From contig NW_008246086.1 of NCBI RefSeq assembly GCF_000281045.1, positions 250,446 to 285,622 on the forward strand: DNA of 35,177 bases. The letters are read 5' to 3'. Shown here in pieces: positions 1 through 11,769 of the stretch. The notes beneath the pieces were generated by a model. It was not told where the DNA came from, did not search any database, and saw nothing but the letters and a program-made list of their open reading frames with translations. The position numbers and the translations under genes were made by a program. Positions within the stretch are counted from its first letter, which is position 1; each line of letters starts with the position of its first letter. This DNA is from Saprolegnia diclina VS20 (taxonomy: Eukaryota).

Positions 1-135
1 CGAACTTGCCGCCTTTGAAGCTCTGCACGTACTAGTAGCGGCCTTCTATAGTCCCTTCGGTCGCGTCGTTGTCGGTCGCTGTTTGGGCGACAAGACCAGA
101 ATTGAGATTCTCCGTTGAAGATGACCAAAGGCGCG

Positions 136-166
136 TATCCGGATGGGCGTGATTTCAGCCAATCAC
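136..166. promoter_or_regulatory. Promoter-like element: TATCCGGATGG plus a CCAAT box (AGCCAATCA)
   Basis: The 11-mer at 136-146 recurs identically at 19003 and 19215. The CCAAT box is at 158-166. Confidence 0.4.
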
Positions 167-768
167 CATCGCCAACGCAGTTGAACCTTTCCCCAAACAT
201 CCGGAAAACCATATTACATTGTGCATGCGAGAATAGCTGCGAGAATCTTGTCCTTGGAATACAAAACGGAGTGAACAGCTTGGTATTTGTATGAAACATT
301 GTGCATTTGCTTTTAAAAATGTATGGCCAGAAGTAAAAAATATCTTTCCGGTCGAAGTGGAGAAGCTCTTGGACGGTGCAGGCACCACCGCCCGTGCCAC
401 TCGACGAGCAAGTCCAGCCGCAAGTCGCTCCTCCGCCCGCCGACCAAATCAGCACACAGTGTCGATAGTACATAAATATATGAAAGATCTGCGTAGGACT
501 CGCTTCAACCGCAATGTACAAGTTTATATCTTGACACCAGACGTGCCACGACGCCAACGAGCGCTGCCAGTAGCGCCCGACGCGATTGATCGGATGGCTC
601 TGGTGCTCGAGCAGTGCATCCTGCCTCAAGGCGAGACAAGGTATCCCTCTCGCGGGAGGTTCGCGCGATATCGAGCCAAGCGTTGCCGTTCGTATGACGT
701 GGCAGCTTCAGCAGCCAGCATGGCGAAACCACCGTAGGCGCTAATTCAAAGTACGTGCTTCCAACGCA

Positions 769-804
769 CGACGACTGCGGGATTCGAACCCGCGCGTGGA
801 CACA
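769..804 (-). pseudogene. tRNA-Ser-like 3' fragment (T-arm, acceptor 3' strand and discriminator G); no 5' half found
   Basis: The reverse complement reads TGTGTCCACGC-GCGGG-TTCGAAT-CCCGC-AGTCGTC-G: a perfect 5-bp T-stem, a B-box loop and a Ser-type ...GTCG end. No matching 5' acceptor strand or D-arm is present about 80 nt upstream. Confidence 0.5.
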
Positions 805-1241
805 GCGCACTGCTTGGGATCTTGACGTGGCGCCAGCATATTCGCGCCAGCTCGTGCCAGATGGCGCGCTGAGTGAGTAGCGCGCTTGCCGCGTGACGCC
901 ACCACCATTCTCTGTTGCGTGCGTCGAGAGGGCGATCCTGTCCAGCGTGATGCCTGCGTATACAAACAGGATGGTGCCACTGCCACAGGACGCACCAGAG
1001 CGTGGTAAAGACACTGTATATTCCACTGGATCACGCGAAACCCGCGGCCGTTGGACCTACACTCTGTCGCGGGCCCGATTATCGTAGAATACGCTATTTT
1101 TGTATTTTAATGTAGCCCATTCCATGGCTTTATATTGTTATTTGTATGTTAATTGGAAGAATGATGTATTAAAATACGTTTATTTTTAATCCAAGCAACG
1201 AGAAAATGGTTTCTTTCCAGCATTTTCGGGAATCTTTGGCG

Positions 1242-3961
1242 ATGGCCGAGCGGACGGACGCGCACGAGCCGCGCTGGACCGAGCGCGGAGCGTCCTTCCT
1301 CCGACGCATCAACCTCGAGCGCGTGGCCGAAGACCCGCGCGTGCGCCTGCTCGTGGACGGCCAGAGCACCGGCGACATCTCGCTCACGTCGCCCATGAAT
1401 GCACAGCTCCCGGCGCCGTTGCCGCCTCCACCATCGGCCGACGAGCCAGTCGCGAGCTGGTCGCGAGCGCTCAAGGAGTCGATATCAAGCGTCCTCTTTA
1501 GCAAAACCAACGACGACCCGATCCTCCACTTTTCGTCGCGCCTCGCCGTGCTCGCGCCGCCGGCCATGCAAGCCGTCACCAAGCTCTTTGGCGCAAAGAC
1601 GTATACGAGCACGTGGGCGGACGCGCAGCTGGCCATGTCCAACCTCGACGCCGCGATCGCGACTCGCTTTGCCGAGAAGGCGTGCGTCATGGACTGCGGT
1701 CTTCTTGACGCGGTGCAACGGACGCACCAAAAGCCGCTCGTGCCCGACACCTTTGCAGGTACCCGCATGCTTCTTGTCTGCGACCGCTAATGTGTCACGC
1801 AGGCGGCCGCGTGACGTCGCTGCCCTTCAAGCGTGGCGCGGTGCCGTCGATGCATTCGATGTTTGTCGCGGCGTCGACGGTCGCGTCCTGGCTTGCGCTT
1901 GATGACGCCCACGTCGCGATCCTCCTGGCGCCCAACCAAGAGCAGCTCAGCGTGTACCTTGCGTGCTGCGCCATGTACCGCGCGCCGTTTGGGACCGATC
2001 TCATTGCGTACGGCGAGCGCATCTTGCAGTGGTAGACATATTCGCCCCTGTCGTTTCAACTCGTATGTGATCCATGCTGCGCGTAGGTTCAACGAGAACG
2101 TTGAGAGCGCCGAGTCGCTCGCACTGCGGCTCTCCAAGACGTTTATCGAGTCGGACGTGCGCAATACGTCGTACGTTCCGGGCCTTCCGCGGCCGCAAGC
2201 GCGGTTCCTGCGCGACTTTACCGGGCTGCTCCTCCTCCGCGACCAGCAGCTCTTGTCCAGCGTAGCGCTTGTTGGTGTTTGAACCTGCAGCTCTAATGCG
2301 ATCGATAGACATCGCTACAAGACCGCACGAGTCTCAGCGGCGCCGCCGTCTTGCCGGCCCAACACCCGCTGTACATCCACCGGCTCTCGATTCTCAAGTG
2401 CCCCGACGGCCTCGTACGGCTTGCGTCTGTTGTTTGTATCAAAGTATCAAGTTGACGTGTGTAGTCGCGGTATTTGCCCGACAACACGTACCGACCGTAC
2501 TTTGTCTTGCAAGATGAGAAGGGCCACGTGTTTTATTCGAGCATGGTGCTCGGTCTGCGCAGTATTCTCGTCTCGAACGGGCCGCATGCGTTCAAAGTCT
2601 GTGTTTCACTTGATACAAAGTTGATAGTAACTCATTTTTTCAATCTTTTAGGTCGGCCGCACAATCAACACGGGGGATTTGCTACTCCAAATGTACCACG
2701 TGCCCGTCAACAGCCGCGGTCAGCTCGTGTTTGAGACGCGGCTGCACTCGAGTCTGCTCCTCCGGCTCTGCGACGGCGCGACCGACCGCCGCGCGGCCGT
2801 CGTGCTGCAGCTCAAAGCCGGCGACTTTGACTGTGTCTCGACCCTGTACACGCCGCACGCCGAGTTTGGCCTTCTCGTACACTGCCGTCCTATTGTCGTT
2901 TCAACTGCAGACAATTTGTCTTGTAGGTGGAATTTGGTGCGGACGAAGGCACGTTTCCGCCGGAAGAAGAGCCGACGCCGACGCCGTCCGACGACGAGAC
3001 GCAACGTCGGAGCTCGGTCCTGCCGCCGCGGCGCCCGCCCGCACCGGCTTTGCCGTGGACGACGGTCGCCACGTACCTCGTGCCGCAGTCGGTCGTCTAC
3101 ACGTGCTACGGCGATGGCCACTTGACGCAAATCGACCTTGCGGTGCGCCTCGCAGAGCACACGCTGCAGTTTCATGTGCAGTGCGGCGACGACCAAGCCC
3201 GCGTGCTCTCGCCGCACCAGCTCTTTGGCTACGTGCTCCCGACCGCGATCGTCGACGACCTTCGCACGCGCCGCATCACGGGCATTGAGCTGCCGGCCGT
3301 CGACGGCTCGTCCCGCGACTCGTTTGATGTGCAGTACGCCCTCTGGCTCCAGCGGCAGTTTGACGGTAGCCCTCATCTGTTGTTGAAGTATTTGATACTC
3401 AACTTGTCGTAGACGATACGACGCGGCTCTCGAATGAGATTCGCATTGGGACGTCGCCACTTGAGATTGAAGCCTTGGTCGCCCAACACGGTATCTCCGT
3501 CGATGCTGCGATTGCCACTAAGCTTGCCATACGCAGGGACGTTGGGTCTGGTGATGCTCGCCAACCAGCTCCAGCAAGCCGACGCCAACTCGTACGTATG
3601 ACGGAACCCTAACCTCGCAGTCATGGTGTCTTCGTAGGCGCGGTGCGTCGGACCGCATGATTGCGCAGCTGCCAAAGCGAGTCTTTTCGCGCGAGCGGGA
3701 AGGCATCGACATCGAGTACACCCCACTTTGTTGCTACGTACTAATAGGACGAGGACTAGGTGTCTTGTGTGTCGGTACACCTTTGAGTCGGGCGACGACA
3801 TTCGCACGCTCCCTTGCTTTCACTCGTACCACACAGACTGCATTGACCCGTGGCTCCGTCTCAAGAAGGTGTGCCCCACGTGCCAAGTGTCGATCGAGCT
3901 CGGCACTGCGGGCGACGGCGATGACGACGAGGATGACGAGGATGACGTTGCGACCACGTAG
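1242..3961 (+). CDS. PTEN/tensin-like pseudophosphatase + C2 domain + C-terminal RING-H2 protein (putative E3 ligase), 11 exons
   Basis: Exons joined in frame across GT-AG introns: 1242-1758, 1803-2031, 2087-2261, 2309-2413, 2465-2596, 2652-2876, 2927-3365, 3413-3490, 3537-3591, 3638-3715, 3760-3961. PTEN-like segments are ILHFSSRLAVLAPPA, FAGGRVTSLPF, SWLALDDAHVAIL and PRPQARFLRDF. C2-like segments are PLYIHRLSILKCP, RPYFVL, GDLLLQMYH and LKAGDFD. The RING-H2 CLVC...LPCFHSYHTDCIDPWL...CPTC is preceded by RGAS..IAQLP. Confidence 0.8.
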
Positions 3962-4069
3962 ACCACAGACACCTTGTCCAAATTGCGTACGAGTAAATAT
4001 ATATCTATCCATTGCATGCAACACTATAAACCAAAAGGGAGGGTCTTGCGTCCTAACTTGGTTCGTACA

Positions 4070-5791
4070 TTAGTGTTTGGCTTCGTACAGCGTCTGAATG
4101 AAGCCCAGCACAAGGCCGAGCGCCCCGCCCATGAGCACGAGCTTCCACTCGTCTTCCTCAAACACCGGGTGCAGGAGACGCTCGAACCGGCCGTAGCTCA
4201 GCGTGCCCATCTTCTCGCGCAGCGTCGTCTCGAGGTCCAGCGCCACGGTCGTGTAGTCTTCAATGTGGCGGAGACTTTCGGGAAACTTTTGCACGACGAG
4301 GTCGGTGATGTCGTCCTTGATCGAGTTGTACGTGTCCTTGCCAATGCCAATGGTCACAATCTTGTCAGCGATCGAGGCGCCGGCGTTCACGGCGGTCTGG
4401 ACGTTGGCGTACACGAGTTCAAAGAGCTTGTCGGACGCCGGGCCCTTGAGGATGGCTTCGATAATGTTGCGTGCGTTGAGGACGTCCGACGCGACCATCT
4501 TGGCGTAGACGGCCGCGACTTCCTTTTGCCGGCGCAGAAAGAGGCCGTGGAAGGTCAAGCAGCCGACCTTCTTCGGGAACACCGGTTCGAAGATCATCTT
4601 GAGCGCGAGCCAGTTGGTGAGCGTCCCGACGAGGAGGCCAAAGCCAGGAAACGTCACGTAGACCGAGAGGCGCGGGAAGAGGAGGTAGATACCCATCTGA
4701 ATGAGGCCAAAGATCCCGCCCATGTACGCGCCCGAGTTGCGAATGAACGCGAGCTCCTTGTAGCCGCAGGTTACAAACATGTTGACGATGAGCTGCTTGT
4801 CCTTCATCATGTTGGTGACCACCATGTCTTCAATGTCAAAGACGTCTTCGATGCGACTGCGGATCTCGAGCATCATCGACTCAATGTGCTTGGGGGCTTC
4901 CTCCTTGACCTTCTCGACAATCTCGTCTTTGACGGCTTGCGGCAGCACGCTCCACAAGCCCGGGTTGTACTTGAGCGCCATCGACTCGATGATGTCCTTG
5001 ATCGTATTGAAGAGAATCGGCTCGAGCTCCTTCGAGACTTGGGCCGGGTCGATCTTGCCAAACACCTCGCGGACGTCCATGAGCTGCGTCGTCATGATGC
5101 GCACCGACATGCGCGCCATCTTCTCGCCCTTGAAGGGCACGATGCCCTGCCAGCCGCAGAGACCCATGTTTGTGCCCGGGTACTGGCCAATGCCAACGTA
5201 GTTGAGCGGGTAGAACGTCATGTACAACGCGAGCCAAATGTGCACGTAGGTGAAGACGACGCTGATGACGGGAATCGACATGATCGCGAGCACGTGCGAC
5301 GCCGGGTAGTCGGTCTTGGCCAAGTCGTCCTTGAAGACGGTAAAGATGAGCGTGACCGCGAGCGCGAGGAGAAAGATGACGACCGAGGCGAGGAGCGTTG
5401 GCCGCGCAATCATGGGCGGAAACACCACGGGCACCGTCACCTTCTTGGGCCCACTCCCACTGGAGCTCGCCTCGCTCGGCCGCATGGACGGGAGAGGGTC
5501 CATGCCGATCGGCGTCGTCGCGCCAATGTACGGGCTGCGTGGCGTCGCGACAATGTCGTGCGAGCCGCGGGACGACACCTGGTTCATGCCCAAGAGCGTG
5601 TAGCGGAGGCTGGTCGCCAGCGCGGGCGGCTGGAGGCGCGCCCAGTGCTCGGGCGCGAGCTCGACGAGCTGCCGGCCCGAGAAGGCGCGGAGCTGGCTGA
5701 TCAAGGGCGCGTACCGGCCGTCCTCGAAGGACGTGAGCCATGCCACGAGCTGCCCGGGGCTCCACAGCGACGGGGTCTCGTCCGTGGACAT
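4070..5791 (-). CDS. DUF445-family membrane protein with an N-terminal SAM-like domain; intronless
   Basis: Long ORF with host-like codon bias. The motif pair WLALxMxFxP...GW/FxG(I/L) occurs twice, and the C-terminus FEEDEWKLVLMGGALG..LG..Q is typical of DUF445. The N-terminal WSPGQLVAWL..F..GRY...FSGRQLVEL resembles a SAM domain. Start taken at MSTDETP. Confidence 0.75.
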   Translation of the reverse strand: MSTDETPSLWSPGQLVAWLTSFEDGRYAPLISQLRAFSGRQLVELAPEHWARLQPPALATSLRYTLLGMNQVSSRGSHDIVATPRSPYIGATTPIGMDPLPSMRPSEASSSGSGPKKVTVPVVFPPMIARPTLLASVVIFLLALAVTLIFTVFKDDLAKTDYPASHVLAIMSIPVISVVFTYVHIWLALYMTFYPLNYVGIGQYPGTNMGLCGWQGIVPFKGEKMARMSVRIMTTQLMDVREVFGKIDPAQVSKELEPILFNTIKDIIESMALKYNPGLWSVLPQAVKDEIVEKVKEEAPKHIESMMLEIRSRIEDVFDIEDMVVTNMMKDKQLIVNMFVTCGYKELAFIRNSGAYMGGIFGLIQMGIYLLFPRLSVYVTFPGFGLLVGTLTNWLALKMIFEPVFPKKVGCLTFHGLFLRRQKEVAAVYAKMVASDVLNARNIIEAILKGPASDKLFELVYANVQTAVNAGASIADKIVTIGIGKDTYNSIKDDITDLVVQKFPESLRHIEDYTTVALDLETTLREKMGTLSYGRFERLLHPVFEEDEWKLVLMGGALGLVLGFIQTLYEAKH

Positions 5792-6599
5792 GACGGTGAT
5801 TATGCAAGAATAGCTCCCAGCTGAACTGGACGACGCTCGATTAAGTGCGACTTTCATTTGGGACAAACAGGAACGTCGGAGATTTCGCGCCGGCCAGCAT
5901 CACCTTGGTGTCAACCACCGACCGCCATAGCTCGCGTGCTTGTGACTATGAGCTCTATCGTTGCCATCATCGTCGTCGCTCTTTCAAATGCTATACCGTC
6001 CATGGCATCTGCGCAGGGGCGGTCCAGGGGAAGACCATCACGGTAGACCATCATTTTCGAGTGCGTGATCTTGCCGGAATGTCTTCAACGATTTGGGTTG
6101 TCAAGAAGGTCCATAGCTCGCATCTTGCTCATCGACCTGTCGTTGGCAATGGCTTGATAGCTCAGAGAGTATCTGGTGTGCACCGAAGGGTACGTCGTAG
6201 TGCTTGGCGGTTGGAACATGCAAACTGGGGTCAACGGACCGGGACATCTACGTCTTGCGAGGAGCCTAACGAATTAGAAGCCCGCAATTGGCCGAGCGCC
6301 CGTTTTTGTACGCGGCTCTGGAGTCGGGAGCAATGGCCAGGAAGATCTCACTGCCAGAGCCATTTTGCCTGTCACCAAAGCTCAGTGAGATCTTTGGGCG
6401 CTGGGACAAACCCTTTTTCCCGCACTTTGTCGAGTGCAGCAGTAATTGATGTATCCATCGTCTATCATTTAATACCACATGTTTTATCCGACATACAAAC
6501 ACCAAGTGAAACGAGCATTTTATTCGCCTGCGATACGCTCCTCGCGCTTGATTGGCGCTTGCGTCGAGCAGCATCATCATCCTCCGCCGGAAGAGCAGC

Positions 6600-7840
6600 A
6601 TGAGCAGCATGCGCAACCCGCGGAAATGGAGCAGTGGTACGTCGACGTAGCATGCGCGCGATGGCCAAGTAGAGCACTGGTGGCGTAGGTGGCCATGCGC
6701 TCTCGATCATGAGCTACAACGTCCTCGCGCAGTGCTACGTGCGCTCGTCCTTCTTCCCGTACTGCGACAGCAAGGCGCTGCGCTGGAAGAACCGCAGCCA
6801 GCTCCTCGTCCGCCGCCACTGCCATTAGCGCTCCACTCATGTCGCCTGTAGAAGAACCAGTTTGCTGCCCTTCCGCACCGCCCCGACGTCATTTGCCTCC
6901 AGGTACACGTCGACCTCTGTTGCTCCATCTCGCCTGAACGACATCACGCAGGAGTGCGACCAGTACGAGACGTTCTGGAAGGACACGATGGCGTCGATGG
7001 GCTATGCGGGGTACCTCGCGCGCACAATCATTGAGCGACTAACGACGCTACTAGCATCTACGCGCAAAAGACCAGCGCCAAGCAAGACGGCGTCGCGATC
7101 TTCTGGCAGCCCGACCGGTCATACTGCTCGTATCGCCAGTCTCCTATACGATCTGCTTGCTTTAGACTCGAGCTCTTGCACAGCGAGCACGTCCACCTCA
7201 AGCACGCTGCTGCCAACGGTATGTATACTCCCATCGCCATCTCCGTCCCCACGTCGCACTGGTAGCGATCGACGCCGACCTCGGCCGCCGGCTCCTCGCA
7301 CGGGATAACGTCGGGCTCGTCGGGCAGTTTCAGTCGACTGTCGACGGCGCGCAGATCGTCGTTGCGACTACCCACCTCTTCTGGGACCCGAAAGAGGCCG
7401 ACGTCAAGCTCGCGCAGACGCAGCACATGTTGGCTGCGATCGCGTCCTTCACTGCCACGCGCGGTGGCAGCGTCTTCTTTGCCGGTGACTTCAACTCGCT
7501 GCCCGACAGCGACGTGTACAAGCACATCACAGCGACGTACGCCAGTGCGTATGCGGCGTACGCGGGTGGTGGTGAGCCGGCGTTCACCAACTGCAACGGC
7601 GTCAACGCCGACGGGTCGCCTGCGTTTGTGGGGACGCTCGACTACATCTTCTACGACCGCGCGAGGTGCACACGATCCATTTGGACGCCAACGTCAGCCA
7701 TATGTAGGGTCGACGTTGCGGGCTTGGCACCGCTCATGTCGTTGGCCGAGGCCACGTGCGAAGGCGCCTTGCCCAACCGACACGTGGGCTCAGACCATCT
7801 CCCGCTGCTTGCCGAGTTTGTGGTCAAAGCGAGCTCGTAG
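6600..7840 (+). CDS. CCR4/nocturnin/angel/PDE12-type endonuclease-exonuclease-phosphatase (EEP) enzyme, multi-exon
   Basis: Spliced motifs: SIMSYNVLAQ, LRWKNR, PDVICLQE, THLFWDP, GDFNSLPDS, FTN, TLDYIF, SDHLPLLAEF. Confidence 0.88.
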
Positions 7841-7891
7841 ACACACACGTAGAGCTTCGTGATGAAGTAAAAAAGCAAGCAAATGATCCTG

Positions 7892-10800
7892 TTACCGGCG
7901 GCGGCGAGGGCGGAAGCTCGTCTACACGCTTCTGGTCAGATTCAAGACTAGGGATATGGCAATACCATGTCTTCGTCGTCGTCGTCACTGCCGGCGGCCT
8001 TGGTTTCTTCCTCGTCGTCATTGCCGGCGGCCTTGGTTTCTTCTTCGCCGTCACTGGCAGCGTCCTTGGTCTCTTCTTCGCCATCGTCCGTGTCGCTGTC
8101 ATGACTCGTGGCACGGGCTTTGGGCCGCACTGGCGTAAAGTACGCCCGGATCGAGGATGCTGGCGCTTCGGCCGCGTACTCGTCCACGTCGCTGTCGGGG
8201 TCGGCCAGATTGGTTTCGGTTTGCTTGGCACGGCGGGACGGCATGCTACGCATACCCATGAGCCTCTTGGTATGCAATGGTCTATCTACCGTCGCGGCGG
8301 CGGGTCATCCTCCGAGGCCTTGGTCTTGGCAGGCGTCGGCTTGGCCTTCTTGGGCTTGGGCGCGTTCGTGGCTTTCGGGAGCGTCCGCTTCTTATGCACT
8401 TTGGTCGGCTTGGCCTTGTCGTCGTCGTCGTTGCTCGCATCCGAGTCGTTGGCGTCGGTGTCGTTCTCGGCCTTGCCGGGCTGGAACAAGTCTTTCGGGA
8501 GGAAGATTTGGCCCGGGTACGGCTTGAGGTTGACTTGGTTCTTGATCTTGGCGCGGAGCGTCGACGTGCACTGCTGCACGACCTTGTAGAGTCCGTTGGC
8601 TGTCGGCTCGGTCGCGTCATGACACATGCTCATCTTGTGCAGCATTTGGAGCAAAAACGAGATGTTGTCGGCCTCGGACGCCACGTTCGAGACGAGGACG
8701 TCCAACAACAACGATGGCGCGTCAAAGATCTTGTCGCATCCACTCGGCGGGTGCAAGACAAGGTGCAAGACGAACGGCAGCGTGTACTCGGGCACCATGA
8801 GCGAGCTTGCCTCGTCGTTACTTGCGTCGTCTTGGTCGCGCGCTTCAAACGCTTTGCGAAGCCGCATGACGGCTGTCGCTAGGAGCGTACGCGCCGTCTT
8901 CTTGAGCTCGGGATGCGTCTCGTGCACGGTCAGCGCCAGCATCGCCGTGTACTTGTGCGGGTGCGGGATCGCATGTCGCAGCAAATTGGCCGTCAGCGTC
9001 TTGAGAATTGCCTCCCGAACGCCCACGTCTTCGTCCGTGACCATGTAGCTGAGCGCATGCCACTCGGGCAGGCGCACTTGGCTCTCAAGCAGCGGCGTGC
9101 GACTCAGCACGAGCATCGTCTGCGCAGCGACGCGCCGCAATGACGCATGCGCCGACGTTAGCAAGGGCGCGACAAGGTCAAGCACGGACCGCGCTTTGGC
9201 GTCATCGTCGGGAAACTGGTACACGGTCACATGGCTTAGCACGCGCAGCTGCAGCGCCAGCGTGTGCAGCTCCTTCTTCTTCATTTTCGCGTGCGAGGAG
9301 GACGCCGTTGACGCCAGAAGCAACGCACACAGCGGCTTGCACTCGGTTGGCACAAACACGTGCTTGGCCAGAATCGCCAGCGCAATCAGCTGTGTGTCCT
9401 CGTGCGTCGACGCCTTGGCAAGTGTCACAAGCCACGACTTGACGGCGGGTGCGCGCGGGAAGAGCAGCACGAGCGCACGCGCGCTCTTTCGGACGATCTC
9501 GTCGCCCTCCGACTCTTGCGCGGCGGCGAGGAGGACGCCTTCGAGCGCGCTGTCGGGGGCCCGCGCCGTCGCATGCGTCTTGCGGTACTTGCCGTACGCA
9601 ATGAGGATGTCGAGGACGCACGCGGATTGCGTGTCGTCGTCCAAGAGCGCTTCGAGCGTGTTGAGGTGCGCTTCAAAGAGAAACGGCGCGTGTTCCGCGA
9701 CAAACAAGAGGATATCGACGACCGTCTTGGTGTCCCGGCTCGTCGCATCCGTGGGCTGCAACATCGAGAGCAGCGACTCGAGGCTCGTGGTGTTGATCGT
9801 GAGCATCGCAAGCTTCCGGCACACGTTCTTCATCCACTCGCCGAGCGGTGTCTTGGAGCCAAGCATCTTGACCACGTCTTCGCGCGCCTTGCGGAGGTCG
9901 GTGCTCGAGGTCGTGGGCGCGCAGAGGAGTTCGAGGTGCTTGACGAGCTTCATGTCCTTCCAGAGCGCGAGCTTCTCGGTTAAGGAAGCCCAGCCGTCCG
10001 TCTCGGGAAGGAGCGGCTGGAGCTCTTTCAAGCACTCCATCATGTGGACGACTTCGGGCGTCGTCGCCGTCGCGTTCTTCTTGTGTCGCATGAGCTGCTT
10101 GATGTCGAGAAACGTCGCGATCGCATCCCGGCTTCGCACGCGCTCGAGGAAGATGCGCTTGAGCGCTTCTTTGGCGCTCGAATCGAGGTGCTTCCAGAGA
10201 AAGACGAGGCCCTTCATACGATGGAGCTCGGACGTGGCTTTTGGCAGCAAAATGTCGTCGAGCAGCTGCACAACGCGCAGCTTGAGCTCTTGCTGCGGGT
10301 ACGCAAAGCACTTGAGGACGTAGTCGGGCACCCACGAGAGCGCGGTCGCCGCGGCCGTCACATCGTTGGCGCCAGTGCTGAGGCCATTGGCGACGTGCGC
10401 CGAGTAGATCTGGGCCAGGCCCGTCATGGCTTCTTTTCGAATCACGACCTTCTTGTCCTTCATGCGCTCGCCGATCTGGCGAAGACACGCCGCGCTCACG
10501 CTAGTTACGCTTTTGGCCGCGAGGTCGCAGAGCTCGTTCATTGCGAGACGCCGGACGTCCCACTCGGCGTCTTGGAGCCGGCCCATCATCTCGGGTTCAA
10601 TGAGGTGCACCAAGTCGGGCTTGCGCTGCGCAATAATCGCGCAGACTTGCACCATTTGGAGCCGAATGTCCTTCTTCACATCGCGGAACCGATCGAGAAA
10701 GTCGCGAAAGTTCTTGAGGTACTGCGCCCCGTAGTCGGCGTGCGACGACGCAAAGAGGCGGCCCATGAGCGCAATCGCGTTCGAGCGCGTGTCGAGGTCG

Positions 10801-11663
10801 TCGACTTGAAGCTGGAGACACACGTTCGGGAGGACGTACAAGAGCAAGCTCGGGTTGACCTTGTGTACTTCGTAGATGAGCGCGTGGATGTGCTCCTTGA
10901 GCGCCGAGTGCTCGCTTGCGCCACGCACGTCGACGAGCGCACTGTTGAAGAAGAGGCTCAAGTGCGTCTGAAGCACGTCCGTCGCCTTCTCAATGACCTG
11001 CTGCGCCATGTGGTACGTCCGCGGCTTGGACACTTCAAGGAGCGGTTCTAAAAGCGCTTCGAGGATCGCCGGACTCACGGCGTCGCCTTCTTCGAGACAG
11101 CTCACCATGATGGTGATCATGTTGGCTTCGACCTTGGGCGAGTGGTCGTCTTGGAGCCGCTCGAAAAAGCCCCGGAAGAGGTCGACGACCAAGTCGGACG
11201 ACGACGATGTCTCCTGCAACTCGGGCTGCAAACCGACCATGAGGTTGCAGCTCTTGACCGACGCCAGCGTCTCGAGGAGGCCAAACCACGCAATGTCCGT
11301 GTCCTTGGTCGACTCCTTCAAGGCGCGGATGACGAGGCCAAAGACGTCGTAAAGCGCCTGGTCTGACGCGAAGGGCGTCTCGGGCGCGGTCAAGCGCAGG
11401 AGCTCGGCGGCGCAGGACGCCACGAGAAGGCGCACGTGCGCGTCCGCGTGGGTCAAGCGCTCTTCGGCGCTGAGGTCGCGGGCCATGGTCTTGGCCTCGT
11501 CGGCGTCCAAGTCGCCGTTGCCGAGGCCGCGAAGGCGCTCGAGGTCCGCAGTGAGCTTCTGGGCGATGCTGGTCTTGGGTCTCCCGGCCTTGGCCTTGGC
11601 GGGCGCGGGGTCGCCTTGGCGGCTCTTCCCCTTGCCCTTCGGTGCTTGCTTGGGGCGTGCCAT
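7892..11663 (-). CDS. PDS5: Sister chromatid cohesion protein PDS5 (HEAT repeats, acidic tail)
   Basis: The 1125-codon first exon carries PDS5 signatures: LLRLTAPETPF, LLYVLPNVCLQL, ERMKDKKVVIRKEAMTGLAQIY, LSWVPD, PEYTLPF. Two short C-terminal exons follow and end at the TAA at 7892-7894. Confidence 0.92.
7984..8082 (-). repeat. Three 33-bp coding tandem repeats (EEETKxAxxD) in the PDS5 tail
   Basis: Units at 7984-8016, 8017-8049 and 8050-8082 are visibly similar. Confidence 0.85.
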
Positions 11664-11690
11664 CTTGAGGTCCGGCCGACGCGAATGCTA

Positions 11691-11769
11691 AATCCGGCCG
11701 TCCGGATACACACCTCTTGCTGTTCGCGGGGTTTTGAATCCGGATAAAATACAAATGTTATCCGGTATC
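11691..11769. promoter_or_regulatory. Cluster of TCCGG(ATA) motifs upstream of PDS5
   Basis: aatccggcc, gtccggata, aatccggata and tatccggta all lie within 80 bp, just upstream of the ATG. Confidence 0.4.

Noticed and set aside
766..796. LTR retrotransposon primer-binding site
   Set aside because: It lacks the leading TGG complementary to CCA, and no LTR, gag or pol is nearby.
291..1087. Short ORFs upstream of the PTEN-RING gene
   Set aside because: No recognisable domain or consistent splice model, and weak codon bias.
3974..5824. 616-aa plus-strand ORF
   Set aside because: Antisense shadow of the DUF445 gene, caused by high GC3 codon bias. No protein-like motifs.
5845..6603. 252-aa ORF and a short signal-like peptide MSSIVAIIVVAL
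   Set aside because: Non-ATG start and no motifs for the long ORF. The signal-like frame stops after about 32 codons.
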